A stretch of DNA of 64,000 nt from Acidobacteria bacterium UBA2999 (GTDB lineage: Bacteria; Acidobacteriota; Vicinamibacteria; Vicinamibacterales; UBA2999), in NCBI GenBank assembly GCA_002346475.1, contig DDZV01000044.1, forward strand, positions 4,295 through 68,294, given 5' to 3'. The first letter of the stretch is position 1, and every line of letters begins with the position of its first letter. Below are positions 39,244-49,386 of this stretch, piece by piece. The notes beneath the pieces are model-generated. The model had not been told where the DNA came from and did not search any database. It saw only the letters and a list, made by a program, of their open reading frames with translations. A program made the position numbers and the translations under genes.

Positions 39244-39407
39244 TTGCATCTTCATTGGTGGGGTTAGGCTGGTTCCTTATGCGAAAGAAAAAACAGATAT
39301 TTTCTTTGTATGTGGATAGTGTAGGCCGTGTACGATGTAGTGGTACGGGCATTATTGTCAGGAGTTTGTTCTGTTAAGTTTGAAGGCTGTATTAGGAGGT
39401 ATTGCTT

Positions 39408-39884
39408 ATGCGGGGTAATGACAAGGTTATTGCTCAGTTGAATGAGGCATTAAAGGAAGAACTCACGGCTATTAACCAGTACTTTCTACATGCTGAGATG
39501 TGTCACAGTTGGGGCTACCATCGTTTAGGTGATTACATTAAGAAGCAATCAATTGATGAAATGAAGCATGCAGAACAAGTCATTGAGCGTCTTTTATTCC
39601 TTGAGGCTGTCCCAAGTATGGAGTACCTGCCGCTCAATATAGGACAATCTGTGAAGGCTCAACTCGCGGAGGATCTCAAACTTGAGGTTGGTGCGGTTGA
39701 AATGTACAACAAAGCCGTGCAGCTATCTCGCGAGCAAGGTGATGATGCTTCTGCAGACTTGTTCCGTAGGTTATTAAAAGACGAAGAAGAACACGTAGAT
39801 TGGTTGGAGGCTCAAGTGCATCAGATTGAAGAGATTGGATATGAACGTTATCTATCGATGCAGCTTGGAGGCCCAAAAGACTGA
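39408..39884 (+). CDS. bfr: bacterioferritin
   Basis: MRGNDKVIAQLNEALKEELTAINQYFLHAEM, haem-ligand Met in DEMKHA, and ferroxidase residues. AGGAGG lies 8 nt upstream of ATG 39408. Confidence 0.93.
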   Translation: MRGNDKVIAQLNEALKEELTAINQYFLHAEMCHSWGYHRLGDYIKKQSIDEMKHAEQVIERLLFLEAVPSMEYLPLNIGQSVKAQLAEDLKLEVGAVEMYNKAVQLSREQGDDASADLFRRLLKDEEEHVDWLEAQVHQIEEIGYERYLSMQLGGPKD

Positions 39885-39918
39885 CAAAAATACGTTACTA
39901 ACTGGTATAATTTCTACT

Positions 39919-40338
39919 ATGTGGACAAAGCAAATGTTGGCTCAGCGAAAAAGAGATCCAAAAACTATCGCTGTCATTGAGCCAGACAAGTGTTTTGGTG
40001 CATTCGCATGTTCTATCTGTCAGGTCGCCTGTCCAGTAGCTGGTTGTATTGTCGAAGTGCCAGATCAAGATGGCAGGATGGTATGTGCAGTCCGTGCTGA
40101 TCTTTGTATCGGTTGTGGATTGTGTGTCGCGCTTGGCAATCCTACGGCACCACAGAAACGAGACTTCGGTTGCCCAGCAGATTACGATGCGATTGATATG
40201 GTGCCATTTAATGAAGTGGTTCAGGCGCTAGAGTCGGCTGAGTCTGGTGCGTTGGAGACAGAGACCCCTGTTAAGGGTGTTGCAAATGAATGGGCTGATA
40301 GTCCAGGCCCTGCGGGCACTACGAATCCGACCACTTAA
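39919..40338 (+). CDS. 4Fe-4S ferredoxin-domain protein with low-complexity C-terminal tail
   Basis: CSICQVACP and CIGCGLC cluster motifs. Start moved to ATG 39919, since the track start overlaps bfr. Confidence 0.65.
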   Translation: MWTKQMLAQRKRDPKTIAVIEPDKCFGAFACSICQVACPVAGCIVEVPDQDGRMVCAVRADLCIGCGLCVALGNPTAPQKRDFGCPADYDAIDMVPFNEVVQALESAESGALETETPVKGVANEWADSPGPAGTTNPTT

Positions 40339-40359
40339 GACAACAGCTTCGGGTCTCTT

Positions 40360-40548
40360 TTACCATCCACAGCAGTCAGTTTTAAATCCGCACTTACTGC
40401 ACCTCCAGACAGCGTGCATACGATACATTTCACTCGAACAACGTTCGCAGAGCACTTTATTGGTTTTTTCTGTGCAGTTAGAATTCGAAGATTCACTAGT
40501 GGATGAAATTTCAGTGCGAGAGTTCGGAAGGTCAGGCATATTTAGCAT
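40360..40548 (-). CDS. Cys-rich zinc-ribbon mini-protein (62 aa) ending CCGW
   Basis: CERC-x12-CSKC ribbon spacing plus three further Cys, and a Ser-rich N-terminus. The competing + strand ORF 40247-40609 is R/L-rich junk overlapping the ferredoxin. Confidence 0.45.
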   Translation of the reverse strand: MLNMPDLPNSRTEISSTSESSNSNCTEKTNKVLCERCSSEMYRMHAVWRCSKCGFKTDCCGW

Positions 40549-40595
40549 TGTAAGGTGTTTAGCTCTTTTTGGGATAGCCTTAGAGAATCAGGTGA

Positions 40596-42731
40596 TTGAG
40601 GATGAATAGACTCTCGACAGAGCACAGCCCATATCTCCTTCAACATAAAGATAATCCGGTCAACTGGTTTCCATGGTCTCCAGAGGCGTTTAAAGTTTCA
40701 AGAAAAACAAATAAGCCAATTTTTTTATCAATTGGTTATTCAACATGCCATTGGTGTCACGTGATGGAAAGCGAAAGTTTTGAAAATAAAGAGGTTGCGG
40801 AAGTTCTAAACAAAAATTTTGTTTCTATCAAAGTAGACAGAGAAGAACGTCCTGACGTTGACCGAGTCTATATGGCGTTTGTCCAGGCTACTACTGGGTC
40901 TGGGGGATGGCCAATGAGTGTGTGGCTGACACCACACCTTGAGCCATTCTATGGCGGGACTTATTTTCCACCTCAATCCCAATGGGGGAGACCTGGTTTT
41001 CTAGATATTTTGAAAGAAATAACGCGCGTTTGGGATGAGGAGCACGAGAAAGTTTTAAAGTCTGCAAGCGAAATTATTAGTCGACTGCAGGCCCGTATAG
41101 ACAATGAAGTCGAAATTAATGTGCCAGGGCTAGAGTCTTTGGTGGCTGGTGTTGCACAGTTTTCAGATGTCTTTGACAAGCAACGAGGAGGATTTGGAGG
41201 TTCTCCAAAGTTCCCTCGACCAAGCGAACTGCTTTTTTTGCTTAGCGAACATGCTCGCACTAATAACGAGGCTGCGAGAGAGATGGCGCTTGCGACTTTA
41301 CGTGCATTGGCATCAGGGGGTATACGAGATCATCTTGGTGGAGGATTCCATCGTTATACAGTTGATGGGAGTTGGCGGGTACCACATTTTGAGAAAATGT
41401 TGTACGACCAGGCACAGTTGACACTAGCTTATTTAGAGGCTACACAGCTCACAGGCGACTCATTTTATGCTGAGGTGGCGATCGAAACCCTTGATTATGT
41501 AAAACGTGACCTAGCCGATTCTTCCGGTGGTTTTTATTCTGCAGAAGATGCCGACAGCGTTCCTTCAGGGAGTAATGATGCTAAAGGTGGGGTTAAAAAA
41601 GAAGGTGCTTTTTATACCTGGGATAGCAGGGAGATTGATGCAGTCCTTGGAGACGATGCTGAGATCTTCAAATTGCGCTACGGTGTTCTTGTAGATGGTA
41701 ACGCCCCGTCTGATCCGCAGGGAGAATTCAAGGGGCAAAATCTTTTATATGTGTCGCAATCAATAACAGACATTGCGTCTATAACAAATAGGTCAATAAC
41801 TCAGGTAGAGCGTTCGCTCGAAAATTCACGGTCGGCGTTATTGGATGCTCGGTCGTCTCGGCCTAGGCCACATCTCGATAACAAGGTATTGACCGCATGG
41901 AACGGGTTAATGATGGCAGCGTACGCTAGAGCTTCACGTATTTTGAACGACCCGACAAACGGCTATCTAGAGGTTGCCACTGGCTTAGCAGGGTTTATCA
42001 GAGACGAGTGTTGGGATGCTGAACGTGGAGTATTGTTACGGAGGTACCGAGAGAATAACGTCGGTATTGAAGGCTATGCAGAAGACTATGCTTGCTTAAT
42101 TTTTGGATTACTCGAACTTTTTCAGGCAACTGGAGATCCAGAGTGGTTAATTTGGGCTTTTCGTCTCCAGAGTGAGCAAGATCGTCGTTTTTTAGATAAA
42201 GAAAAAGGTGGTTGGTTCAGTACTACTGGCAAAGATCCAGCGTTACTTTTAAGGTTTAAAGAAGATTATGACGGTGCTGAGCCAGCAGCGAGCTCGGTAT
42301 CAGTTTTAAATTTAATGACGATGGCATGTCTCACAGGAGATTCTTCAAAGGCAGAACAGGTTGACCAGGCGTTTCGTTGTTTCGGTCGACAGCTTAATGA
42401 ACTTGGACGAAGTGTACCAATGATGCTAAGAGCACTGTCAACTTACCATGCGGGTGCTTTGCAGGTCGTTATAAGTGGGTTTTCTGATGCAGATGACACC
42501 CGGCGCCTTCATGCTGTTCTTAAATCTCACTACTTGCCAAATTTGATCTTAGTACAAGTTGAGCCAGGAAAAGGGTCTGAAGTTTCACGATTGATGCCAT
42601 GGATTGGTGAGATGTCGGCAAATGCTGGGCACGCTGTAGCTTATGTATGCCGTGACTTTGTATGCCAACGTCCTGTTACAGATCCAGAAGAATTTGACCT
42701 GCAGTTAGCTACGTTGAAGGGAGCTTCATGA
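40596..42731 (+). CDS. thioredoxin-domain protein of the DUF255/YyaL (SPATA20-like) family
   Basis: [29 protein letters not shown] and a downstream alpha/alpha-barrel-like region. Start is TTG 40596 or ATG 40602. Confidence 0.85.
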   Translation: MRMNRLSTEHSPYLLQHKDNPVNWFPWSPEAFKVSRKTNKPIFLSIGYSTCHWCHVMESESFENKEVAEVLNKNFVSIKVDREERPDVDRVYMAFVQATTGSGGWPMSVWLTPHLEPFYGGTYFPPQSQWGRPGFLDILKEITRVWDEEHEKVLKSASEIISRLQARIDNEVEINVPGLESLVAGVAQFSDVFDKQRGGFGGSPKFPRPSELLFLLSEHARTNNEAAREMALATLRALASGGIRDHLGGGFHRYTVDGSWRVPHFEKMLYDQAQLTLAYLEATQLTGDSFYAEVAIETLDYVKRDLADSSGGFYSAEDADSVPSGSNDAKGGVKKEGAFYTWDSREIDAVLGDDAEIFKLRYGVLVDGNAPSDPQGEFKGQNLLYVSQSITDIASITNRSITQVERSLENSRSALLDARSSRPRPHLDNKVLTAWNGLMMAAYARASRILNDPTNGYLEVATGLAGFIRDECWDAERGVLLRRYRENNVGIEGYAEDYACLIFGLLELFQATGDPEWLIWAFRLQSEQDRRFLDKEKGGWFSTTGKDPALLLRFKEDYDGAEPAASSVSVLNLMTMACLTGDSSKAEQVDQAFRCFGRQLNELGRSVPMMLRALSTYHAGALQVVISGFSDADDTRRLHAVLKSHYLPNLILVQVEPGKGSEVSRLMPWIGEMSANAGHAVAYVCRDFVCQRPVTDPEEFDLQLATLKGAS

Positions 42732-43087
42732 AGTTTAAGGTTGACATCTGGTTGAGAGGTAATAATCACGCAACAACGGAGCAGCTGACGTTAGCTTCTC
42801 GTGAGCCGGAGGCTTGGACTGACGAGGATGTGGTGCTTGTACTTAGTACGATGCTTCGAGCGTTGTCACGCGCCAAGGATCCAACGGAGGATGTTGATCG
42901 AAAAATTAAGTTGCGTGGGTTTAGCTGGATTGTCAATCCTTATGACAGCGGAGGGGTCGTTATCGCGATTGAGTTGACCCTTGGTGCTGTTGTCGCCGGC
43001 CCATTTGACATTGGTGAGAATAAACTTACAGCCATGATTCAGCGTGCAATCGAGACTGACAAAATTGAACCACAGGCTGTTCATTAA
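42728..43087 (+). CDS. hypothetical 119-aa protein, translationally coupled to the DUF255 gene
   Basis: ATGA start/stop overlap; no motif recognised. Confidence 0.5.
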   Translation: MKFKVDIWLRGNNHATTEQLTLASREPEAWTDEDVVLVLSTMLRALSRAKDPTEDVDRKIKLRGFSWIVNPYDSGGVVIAIELTLGAVVAGPFDIGENKLTAMIQRAIETDKIEPQAVH

Positions 43088-43213
43088 ATTAGTTGCGTTG
43101 CTAGCCTAATTTGGATTTATAGGAGAGTTTCAATTTATAAGCAGATCTCTCTATAACAAAAAAGTAACTCTCGGATTTGGTTGTTTGAGTTAGATGTGTT
43201 TTAGTTACATGTA

Positions 43214-44215
43214 ATGCAGAATCTAGAAGATCAAATTAGACACGATTGGACCCTAGCTGAAATCGAGGAAATCTATACTTCCCCCTTTACTACTTTAGTT
43301 TTTAAGGCCCAAGCTCTACACCGAGAAAGACATCAGCCTAATGAAGTGCAAGGTTGTGTTTTGCTCAATATTAAGTCTGGTGGGTGCCCAGAGGACTGTG
43401 CGTATTGTCCTCAATCTGCGCATTACAAGACTGGTGTAGCCAACGAAGAGCTACTTGATGTTGAAGAGACACTTTCTGCAGCAAAGCGTGCGCGGGCACA
43501 AGGCGCGACACGTTTTTGTATGGGTGCGGCATGGCGTGATATTCCAACAGGCCCAATGTTTGAAAGAGTACTTGCAATGGTTAGGGGAGTTCGTGAGTTA
43601 GGGCTTGAGGCTTGCTGTACTCTTGGGATGTTGACTGATAGCCAAGCAACGGAACTAGCAGAGGCTGGCCTCACAGCATATAACCACAACCTTGACACTT
43701 CTCCAGAATTTTACGATCGCATTATTACAACGCGCACCTACAACGAACGCCAAGAGACCCTATCCCGTGTACGGCGTGCTGGTATTACAGTCTGTAGTGG
43801 GGGCATCATTGGGATGGGGGAGGATCACCAGGCCCGCTGGCGTTTATTGCAAGAGCTAGCAACTCTTGATCCCCATCCTGAAAGTGTACCTATCAATCTC
43901 CTGGTTCGAGTAGCTGGTACACCATTAGAAGAACGGCCTCCTGAGGATCCACTTGAATTAGTTCGCATGATTGCGACAGCACGTATTTTGATGCCCGCAG
44001 CGTTTGTTCGATTAAGCGCTGGGCGACTTTCTTTGTCAGATGAGGCACAGGCACTTTGTTTTCTTGCCGGAGCAAACTCAGTCTTTATGGGAGACAAGCT
44101 TCTAACGACTAGCAATCCAGAAGTAGAAGCCGACTTACATCTATTCCAGCGGCTTGGACTGCGTCTTCAGACTGAGCCTTCGGTGCACGTGGCGGGCACC
44201 CATGGGCAATCGTGA
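43214..44215 (+). CDS. bioB: biotin synthase
   Basis: Radical-SAM [11 protein letters not shown]; typical BioB N- and C-terminal regions. Confidence 0.95.
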   Translation: MQNLEDQIRHDWTLAEIEEIYTSPFTTLVFKAQALHRERHQPNEVQGCVLLNIKSGGCPEDCAYCPQSAHYKTGVANEELLDVEETLSAAKRARAQGATRFCMGAAWRDIPTGPMFERVLAMVRGVRELGLEACCTLGMLTDSQATELAEAGLTAYNHNLDTSPEFYDRIITTRTYNERQETLSRVRRAGITVCSGGIIGMGEDHQARWRLLQELATLDPHPESVPINLLVRVAGTPLEERPPEDPLELVRMIATARILMPAAFVRLSAGRLSLSDEAQALCFLAGANSVFMGDKLLTTSNPEVEADLHLFQRLGLRLQTEPSVHVAGTHGQS

Positions 44216-45335
44216 CCTTGAGCCTCGAGTTCGTGCACGTCTAGAAGATCTAGCGAACACACAGCTTTTACGTACTCTTCAAGCTCCTTCTGGTAAAGAT
44301 TTTTCATCAAACGACTATCTTGGCCTTGCGGCATCGAAGCAATTGCATGATGCAATGATTCTTGGTGTTCAGCAAGAAGGTTGCGGGAGCACTGGTTCTC
44401 GATTAATTCGAGGGGAGCGTGAAGTTTTTCAGTCTGTTGAGTCGCACTTCGCAAAGTTTAAGGAGGCTGAGCGGGCGTTGTACTTTTCAAGTGGCTATTT
44501 GGCTAATCTTGCAGTTTTAACAACGTTTCCTGAGAATGGAGATATAGTTTTTTCAGACGAGTTGAACCATGCAAGTTTAATTGACGGGACGCGTCTTTCT
44601 TATGCGGACTGTGTTGTTTTTCCACATAACGATGTGCTAGCTCTATCTCGTCTTATACGTCAACACAGGGGAGAGGGACGTATTTTTGTTTTAGTGGAGT
44701 CTATTTTCAGCATGGATGGTGATGAGGCGCCTCTGGCTGAGTATGCTCAACTTTGTCGAGATGAAGGCGTATACCTAATTGTGGATGAAGCCCATGCCGT
44801 TGGAATTTATGGTGAAAGGGGAAGTGGTTTAATTGAGGAGCTGGGGATGCAAGCAGACGTGTTTTTATCTGTCAATCCAGCTGGAAAGGCGCTAGGGGTT
44901 AGCGGTGCTTTTGTTGCTGGTCCTGATTGGGCAATAGAATATTTAGTTCAAAAAGCACGTACGTTTATTTTTTCAACAGCCTCACTGCCAGCCACCGCAT
45001 GGGCGCTTGAAGCTAGTCTTACGTATGTCACATCTGGCACTGAGATTAGGAAACGATTAGTGCGTTCTGCAGGGCTATTGCGCGAACGACTGCTCGAAGC
45101 AGGTATTTTTATAAAGAACGGTCGATCGCAAATTGTACCAATTATAATCGGTAGCAATGAGCGTACAGTTGTTGTGGCAAGCCTTCTTCAGGCAAGAGGG
45201 TTTGACGTTCGTGCTATTCGTCCACCTACAGTAGCTTCTGGTACAGCCAGACTCAGGGTCACTGTGAATGCCGGTATTTCTGATGAAACTATCGACAGTT
45301 TTGTGTCGGCTTTAATCGACGCGCTTAAAAACTAA
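44202..45335 (+). CDS. bioF: 8-amino-7-oxononanoate synthase
   Basis: NDYLGL, DEAHAVG, and PLP-Lys region GKALGVSGA. Start is probably ATG 44202, overlapping the bioB end. Confidence 0.9.
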   Translation: MGNRDLEPRVRARLEDLANTQLLRTLQAPSGKDFSSNDYLGLAASKQLHDAMILGVQQEGCGSTGSRLIRGEREVFQSVESHFAKFKEAERALYFSSGYLANLAVLTTFPENGDIVFSDELNHASLIDGTRLSYADCVVFPHNDVLALSRLIRQHRGEGRIFVLVESIFSMDGDEAPLAEYAQLCRDEGVYLIVDEAHAVGIYGERGSGLIEELGMQADVFLSVNPAGKALGVSGAFVAGPDWAIEYLVQKARTFIFSTASLPATAWALEASLTYVTSGTEIRKRLVRSAGLLRERLLEAGIFIKNGRSQIVPIIIGSNERTVVVASLLQARGFDVRAIRPPTVASGTARLRVTVNAGISDETIDSFVSALIDALKN

Positions 45336-45337
45336 AA

Positions 45338-46003
45338 GTGCACCACGGCCTCTTCGTAACTGGTACAGACACGGGAGTTGGCAAGACTATCCTTGCAGCT
45401 GGACTTCTTGCTCGGTACCGGACTGAGTTTTTACTTCGATACTGGAAACCAATTCAAACTGGTATTGAAGAGGATGACGATACAGCAACAGTTCAGCAAT
45501 TAGTTGGGTGTTCCCAAGAAGAGATCTTTGATCAAGGTATTAGATTACGAAGACCCGTATCTCCTCACCTAGCGGCAGAATTTTCAGGTATGACTATCAA
45601 CCTCGATACCCTGACTGAGTTACCAGAAATCAAATCTAATGAGAGATGCTTGATTGTTGAAGGTGCTGGGGGAGTGCTTGTCCCTGTGACAGAGAGTTCT
45701 ATGATGGTTGACTTAATGGTTCGATTGGGTTTCCCAGTATTGATTGCAGCTCGGACAAGCTTAGGCACAATTAATCATACATTACTAACTATTGAAGCAC
45801 TGCGTGCCAGAGATTTGCAGATAGCAGGCGTAGCATTAATAGGTAATCCAGAATCTGGAGCTAGGAGATCTATTGAACAGTATGGTCAAGTATCTGTAAT
45901 TATTGATATGCCAGTGCTTGATCCACTGACTCCGGAGGTCCTAGAGTCTTGGGTGTCTAGCGCTTTTGACCCAGAGGGTGCATTACGTCAGTGGCTGAAA
46001 TGA
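45338..46003 (+). CDS. bioD: dethiobiotin synthase
   Basis: GTDTGVGKT P-loop and EGAGG; GTG start. Confidence 0.9.
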   Translation: MHHGLFVTGTDTGVGKTILAAGLLARYRTEFLLRYWKPIQTGIEEDDDTATVQQLVGCSQEEIFDQGIRLRRPVSPHLAAEFSGMTINLDTLTELPEIKSNERCLIVEGAGGVLVPVTESSMMVDLMVRLGFPVLIAARTSLGTINHTLLTIEALRARDLQIAGVALIGNPESGARRSIEQYGQVSVIIDMPVLDPLTPEVLESWVSSAFDPEGALRQWLK

Positions 46004-47316
46004 CATCTCAAAGTTTAACGCAGCGTGACAAGTTATATCTTTGGCACCCGTACACTCAGATGCGGACAGCACCATCTCCACTCCCCATCGTAAAGGCCAA
46101 AGGAATTTACCTCTATAGCGAGGATGGAAAGAAAATTCTTGATGGCATCTCTTCATGGTGGGTCAATATTCATGGGCATTCACATCCAAGATTAAATCAA
46201 GCACTTGCAGAGCAGGCTTCAAAATTTGAACATGTTATGTTTGCTGGGTGTACGCATTCACCGGCAGTTGATCTTGCCGAACGATTACTTACCTTACTTC
46301 CTAAAAATTTGAAGCGTGTTTTCTATTCTGACAATGGATCTACTGCTGTTGAAGTTGCGCTTAAGATGGCCCATCAATACTGGCGTAACATTGGCCAACC
46401 ACAACGACAAACATTTGTAACACTGCAGAATGCGTATCACGGAGACACCGTTGGCACGATGTCGGTCAGTGAAGATTCAGTGTTTACTCGAGCATTTGAG
46501 CCATTTCTTTTTCCCGTGTTGCGAGCCCATTCACCCTATTGCTATCGGTGTCCACTTTCATTAGATCGTTCGACTTGCCAAATAGAGTGTCTCAGTAGTT
46601 TAGAGGAACATCTAAATATGCACCGTGATGAAGTCGCTGGCGTTCTTGTTGAGCCGATGTTGCAAGCAGCCGGGGGAATGGTTATTTGGCCTAGCGAGTT
46701 CCTTGCCGGCGTAAGAGCATTGTGTGACAAATATGACACGTTGCTTATTGCTGACGAAGTTCTTACTGGTTTTGGTCGAACTGGACGGATGTTTGCTTGC
46801 GAGCATGCACAGGTCGACCCTGACATTCTTTGTTTGTCAAAAGCACTAACAGCAGGTTACCTGCCTTTAGCAGCCACAGTTGCTTCTGAAAAGATCTACG
46901 ATGCTTTTCTTAGTGAAGATCGATCTCGTACATTCTTTCATGGTCATTCCTACACGGCGAATCCATTAGCATGTGCAGTAGGACTTGCAAGTCTGGATCT
47001 TTTTAGGGATGGAGCAGTTCTTGAGCGAATCAGTCGTTTGGAAGAACAACTTCGTACAAGACTAAAGACTATAAAAGAAATAGCAATTGTTGGGGATGTA
47101 CGTGTTATTGGTGGGGTGGCAGTAATTGAGTTAGAGACAGATTCAGGTGGATATCTTGATCAACTTGGTCCTAAGCTGACATCGATGTTTTTGTCCCGCG
47201 GACTCTTATTACGACCATTAGGAAACATTCTTTACTTTATGCCTCCTTATGTAATTACTGATGAAGAAGTAGATTGGGTTATAGATCAGATACGTGCTGT
47301 ATTGAACAGTATTTGA
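46000..47316 (+). CDS. bioA: adenosylmethionine-8-amino-7-oxononanoate aminotransferase
   Basis: LWHPYTQM, ADEVLTGFGRTG, LSKALTAGYLPL. ATGA overlap with bioD; the track's alternative is GTG 45991. Confidence 0.93.
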   Translation: MTSQSLTQRDKLYLWHPYTQMRTAPSPLPIVKAKGIYLYSEDGKKILDGISSWWVNIHGHSHPRLNQALAEQASKFEHVMFAGCTHSPAVDLAERLLTLLPKNLKRVFYSDNGSTAVEVALKMAHQYWRNIGQPQRQTFVTLQNAYHGDTVGTMSVSEDSVFTRAFEPFLFPVLRAHSPYCYRCPLSLDRSTCQIECLSSLEEHLNMHRDEVAGVLVEPMLQAAGGMVIWPSEFLAGVRALCDKYDTLLIADEVLTGFGRTGRMFACEHAQVDPDILCLSKALTAGYLPLAATVASEKIYDAFLSEDRSRTFFHGHSYTANPLACAVGLASLDLFRDGAVLERISRLEEQLRTRLKTIKEIAIVGDVRVIGGVAVIELETDSGGYLDQLGPKLTSMFLSRGLLLRPLGNILYFMPPYVITDEEVDWVIDQIRAVLNSI

Positions 47317-47321
47317 AAAAG

Positions 47322-47406
47322 TGGCCGGGCAGGGAATCGAACCCTGACGGTCTTTTGGACCAGCGGATTTTAAGTCCGCAGCGTCTACCAGTTCCGCCAC
47401 CCGGCC
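47322..47406 (-). tRNA. tRNA-Leu (anticodon UAA)
   Basis: The reverse complement folds as a cloverleaf: acceptor GGCCGGG/CCCGGCC, anticodon arm GCGGA-CTTAAAA-TCCGC, a long variable arm, and T-arm CAGGG-TTCGATT-CCCTG. Confidence 0.93.
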
Positions 47407-47463
47407 TTTCTAATGTCTATTGAGCATACACGATGTGAATAAGAAGCCGTTGTGAAGATCATT

Positions 47464-48375
47464 TCAGTGGTCGATGGGATTGCTGGAGGTTTCACTGCTT
47501 CCTTGAATCGTAGCGACTGTATCTAAAATGATATTTGCAACTCGAGTTGCTTCAGATTCTTCAGAGAGGAAGAGGCCGGGTTCTATTCGATTTGTATGTA
47601 TTTCGACAACTGTTGCATTTGAAAACGTTTGTTGGTTTTTGGCAAGTTCTATGGTTTCGTAAAGATAGTTTACTTCGGTAGCTGATCGAAAGAGGTGATC
47701 AGGCCTATTAAGGAAACTTCTTAGTGCACCGCTTGCTGGGTCTGGTAGACCATTGGCGTTCTCAGACAGCATGTGGGTAGCCCGTAAAATACCTGTTCTG
47801 GCGAGCCACGGCGAATAGGTAAGGAATCTTGAGAATGAGTCAACTTCTGTTTTACTAAGGACAGTGAAATTGGAGTCGATAAGCACAAGAGCCATGACAT
47901 TTTTTGGATAAGTCGATGCGTATATTTGAACAAAAAGTGCCCCGAGAGAATCACCAACCGCCACAATTGGTCCCTGAATTTTTGCTCCCTCAAGCAATCT
48001 TTTCAGTTCTAAGGGTGTCTGGCTCGGGTTGTAAGGGCTATCGCCAGCTTCGCTCCATCCGAGCCCAGCCCTGTCATAACTACAAACACGAGTTTGTTGA
48101 GCAACACTGGGTTGAATCCATCCCCACGCAGCAGAAAAGCCAGTTGCAGGAGCTTCGAGTATTACTGTGGGAATACCCTCGCCGGTGCAGTATATGTGTA
48201 GTTGATGTCCCCCAACATCGATCTTATGGCCAGGGGCTGGAAAATCCCGACGTTCAAGTGGGGTCGCTATACCCTGATACGTTACCCCAATCGTTAAAAC
48301 AATTATGGTTGGGATTCCAATTAATAGGCCTGCTTGTTTAAGGCGCCTACGCATACTAGCAGCTTCTCCTGGCAA
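47464..48375 (-). CDS. alpha/beta-fold hydrolase, membrane-anchored
   Basis: N-terminal TM (LLIGIPTIIVLTIGV) and nucleophile elbow GDSLG. Confidence 0.7.
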   Translation of the reverse strand: MPGEAASMRRRLKQAGLLIGIPTIIVLTIGVTYQGIATPLERRDFPAPGHKIDVGGHQLHIYCTGEGIPTVILEAPATGFSAAWGWIQPSVAQQTRVCSYDRAGLGWSEAGDSPYNPSQTPLELKRLLEGAKIQGPIVAVGDSLGALFVQIYASTYPKNVMALVLIDSNFTVLSKTEVDSFSRFLTYSPWLARTGILRATHMLSENANGLPDPASGALRSFLNRPDHLFRSATEVNYLYETIELAKNQQTFSNATVVEIHTNRIEPGLFLSEESEATRVANIILDTVATIQGSSETSSNPIDH

Positions 48376-48468
48376 TTATTATCTCTACGATGCTGAATTC
48401 TAGTTTCAATTGTCCTTCAGTGTGACCCGAACGTCAGTTTCAGGCAAGCTAGCACTATAATTTATTTA

Positions 48469-49386
48469 TTGGGAATCATTAGCGAAGGTGTTAGCTATAT
48501 TGATCTAAAGTTTCGAGGGCGGCCACATTCAATTGCAACTGTAATTGTGAGTGGTCCTGGGTACTGTACGCTTATTGACCCTGGGCCAACCATTTGTATT
48601 GACCATTTAGAGGCTGGACTGGCATCTCGTGGCTTTAGTGTTGACGATCTCACACATGTTCTGCTTACACATATACATTTAGATCATGCTGGGGCAACCG
48701 GCACTCTTGTTCGAAGAAATTCTGATTTACAAGTAATGGTACATGAGCGAGGTGCACGTCATCTTGTGGACCCAACACGATTACTTGACAGTGCAGCCAG
48801 ACTTTATGGAAATCAACTCAAAAATTTGTGGGGAGATTTTCTCCCTATTCCTGAAGCTAACATTACAGAACTAGCAGGAGGGGAGTGTATTGCACTCGGC
48901 AGTCGAAAGTTAGAGGTAGCTTATACCCCAGGTCATGCTAGTCACCATGTTAGTTATTTTGATCCAAGCAGTCGTGTTGCCTATGTTGGTGATACAGCTG
49001 GAGTAACAATCGCCGGAGATTACGTGCTTCCACCTACACCACCTCCAGATATTGATCTGGAGGCATGGCGAGTTAGTCTCAAACAGATTGAAAGTTGGGG
49101 GCCAGAATCATTGTTTATTACACACTATGGCATGCGGACTAATCCGAAGGCTCAGTTAGAGTCATTGCGTAAGAATATTGACCGATTTGCAGAAAAATCA
49201 CGTCAGCTACTTGAAGAGCCAGGTACAGCCGATGAACGTTTAGAAAGTTTTACTATCTGGGTTCGAAACGAACTACGTCGTGAAATGGGAGAAGCACAGG
49301 CAGCCATCTATGATCTCTCGGCACCGCTTAACCTTCTTTGGTTAGGCCTTGCTCGCTACTGGAGTAAGAGAGGAATTCCTTCCTAG
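48469..49386 (+). CDS. MBL-fold metallo-hydrolase
   Basis: Canonical HIHLDHAG and YTPGHASHH. Confidence 0.8.
   Translation: MGIISEGVSYIDLKFRGRPHSIATVIVSGPGYCTLIDPGPTICIDHLEAGLASRGFSVDDLTHVLLTHIHLDHAGATGTLVRRNSDLQVMVHERGARHLVDPTRLLDSAARLYGNQLKNLWGDFLPIPEANITELAGGECIALGSRKLEVAYTPGHASHHVSYFDPSSRVAYVGDTAGVTIAGDYVLPPTPPPDIDLEAWRVSLKQIESWGPESLFITHYGMRTNPKAQLESLRKNIDRFAEKSRQLLEEPGTADERLESFTIWVRNELRREMGEAQAAIYDLSAPLNLLWLGLARYWSKRGIPS

Noticed and set aside
39279-39377. 32-aa upstream ORF (MRKKKQIFSLYVDSVGRVRCSGTGIIVRSLFC) in the bfr leader
   Set aside because: It has no SD and no recognisable family, and short ORFs of this size occur by chance. It is noted only as a possible leader peptide.
40247-40609. 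120-aa + strand ORF
   Set aside because: It overlaps the ferredoxin 3' end and the DUF255 start and has an R/L-rich, low-information sequence. The opposite-strand zinc-ribbon ORF is the more plausible reading.
47218-47400. 60-aa minus-strand ORF
   Set aside because: It overlaps tRNA-Leu and the bioA 3' end; the tRNA cloverleaf explains the region.
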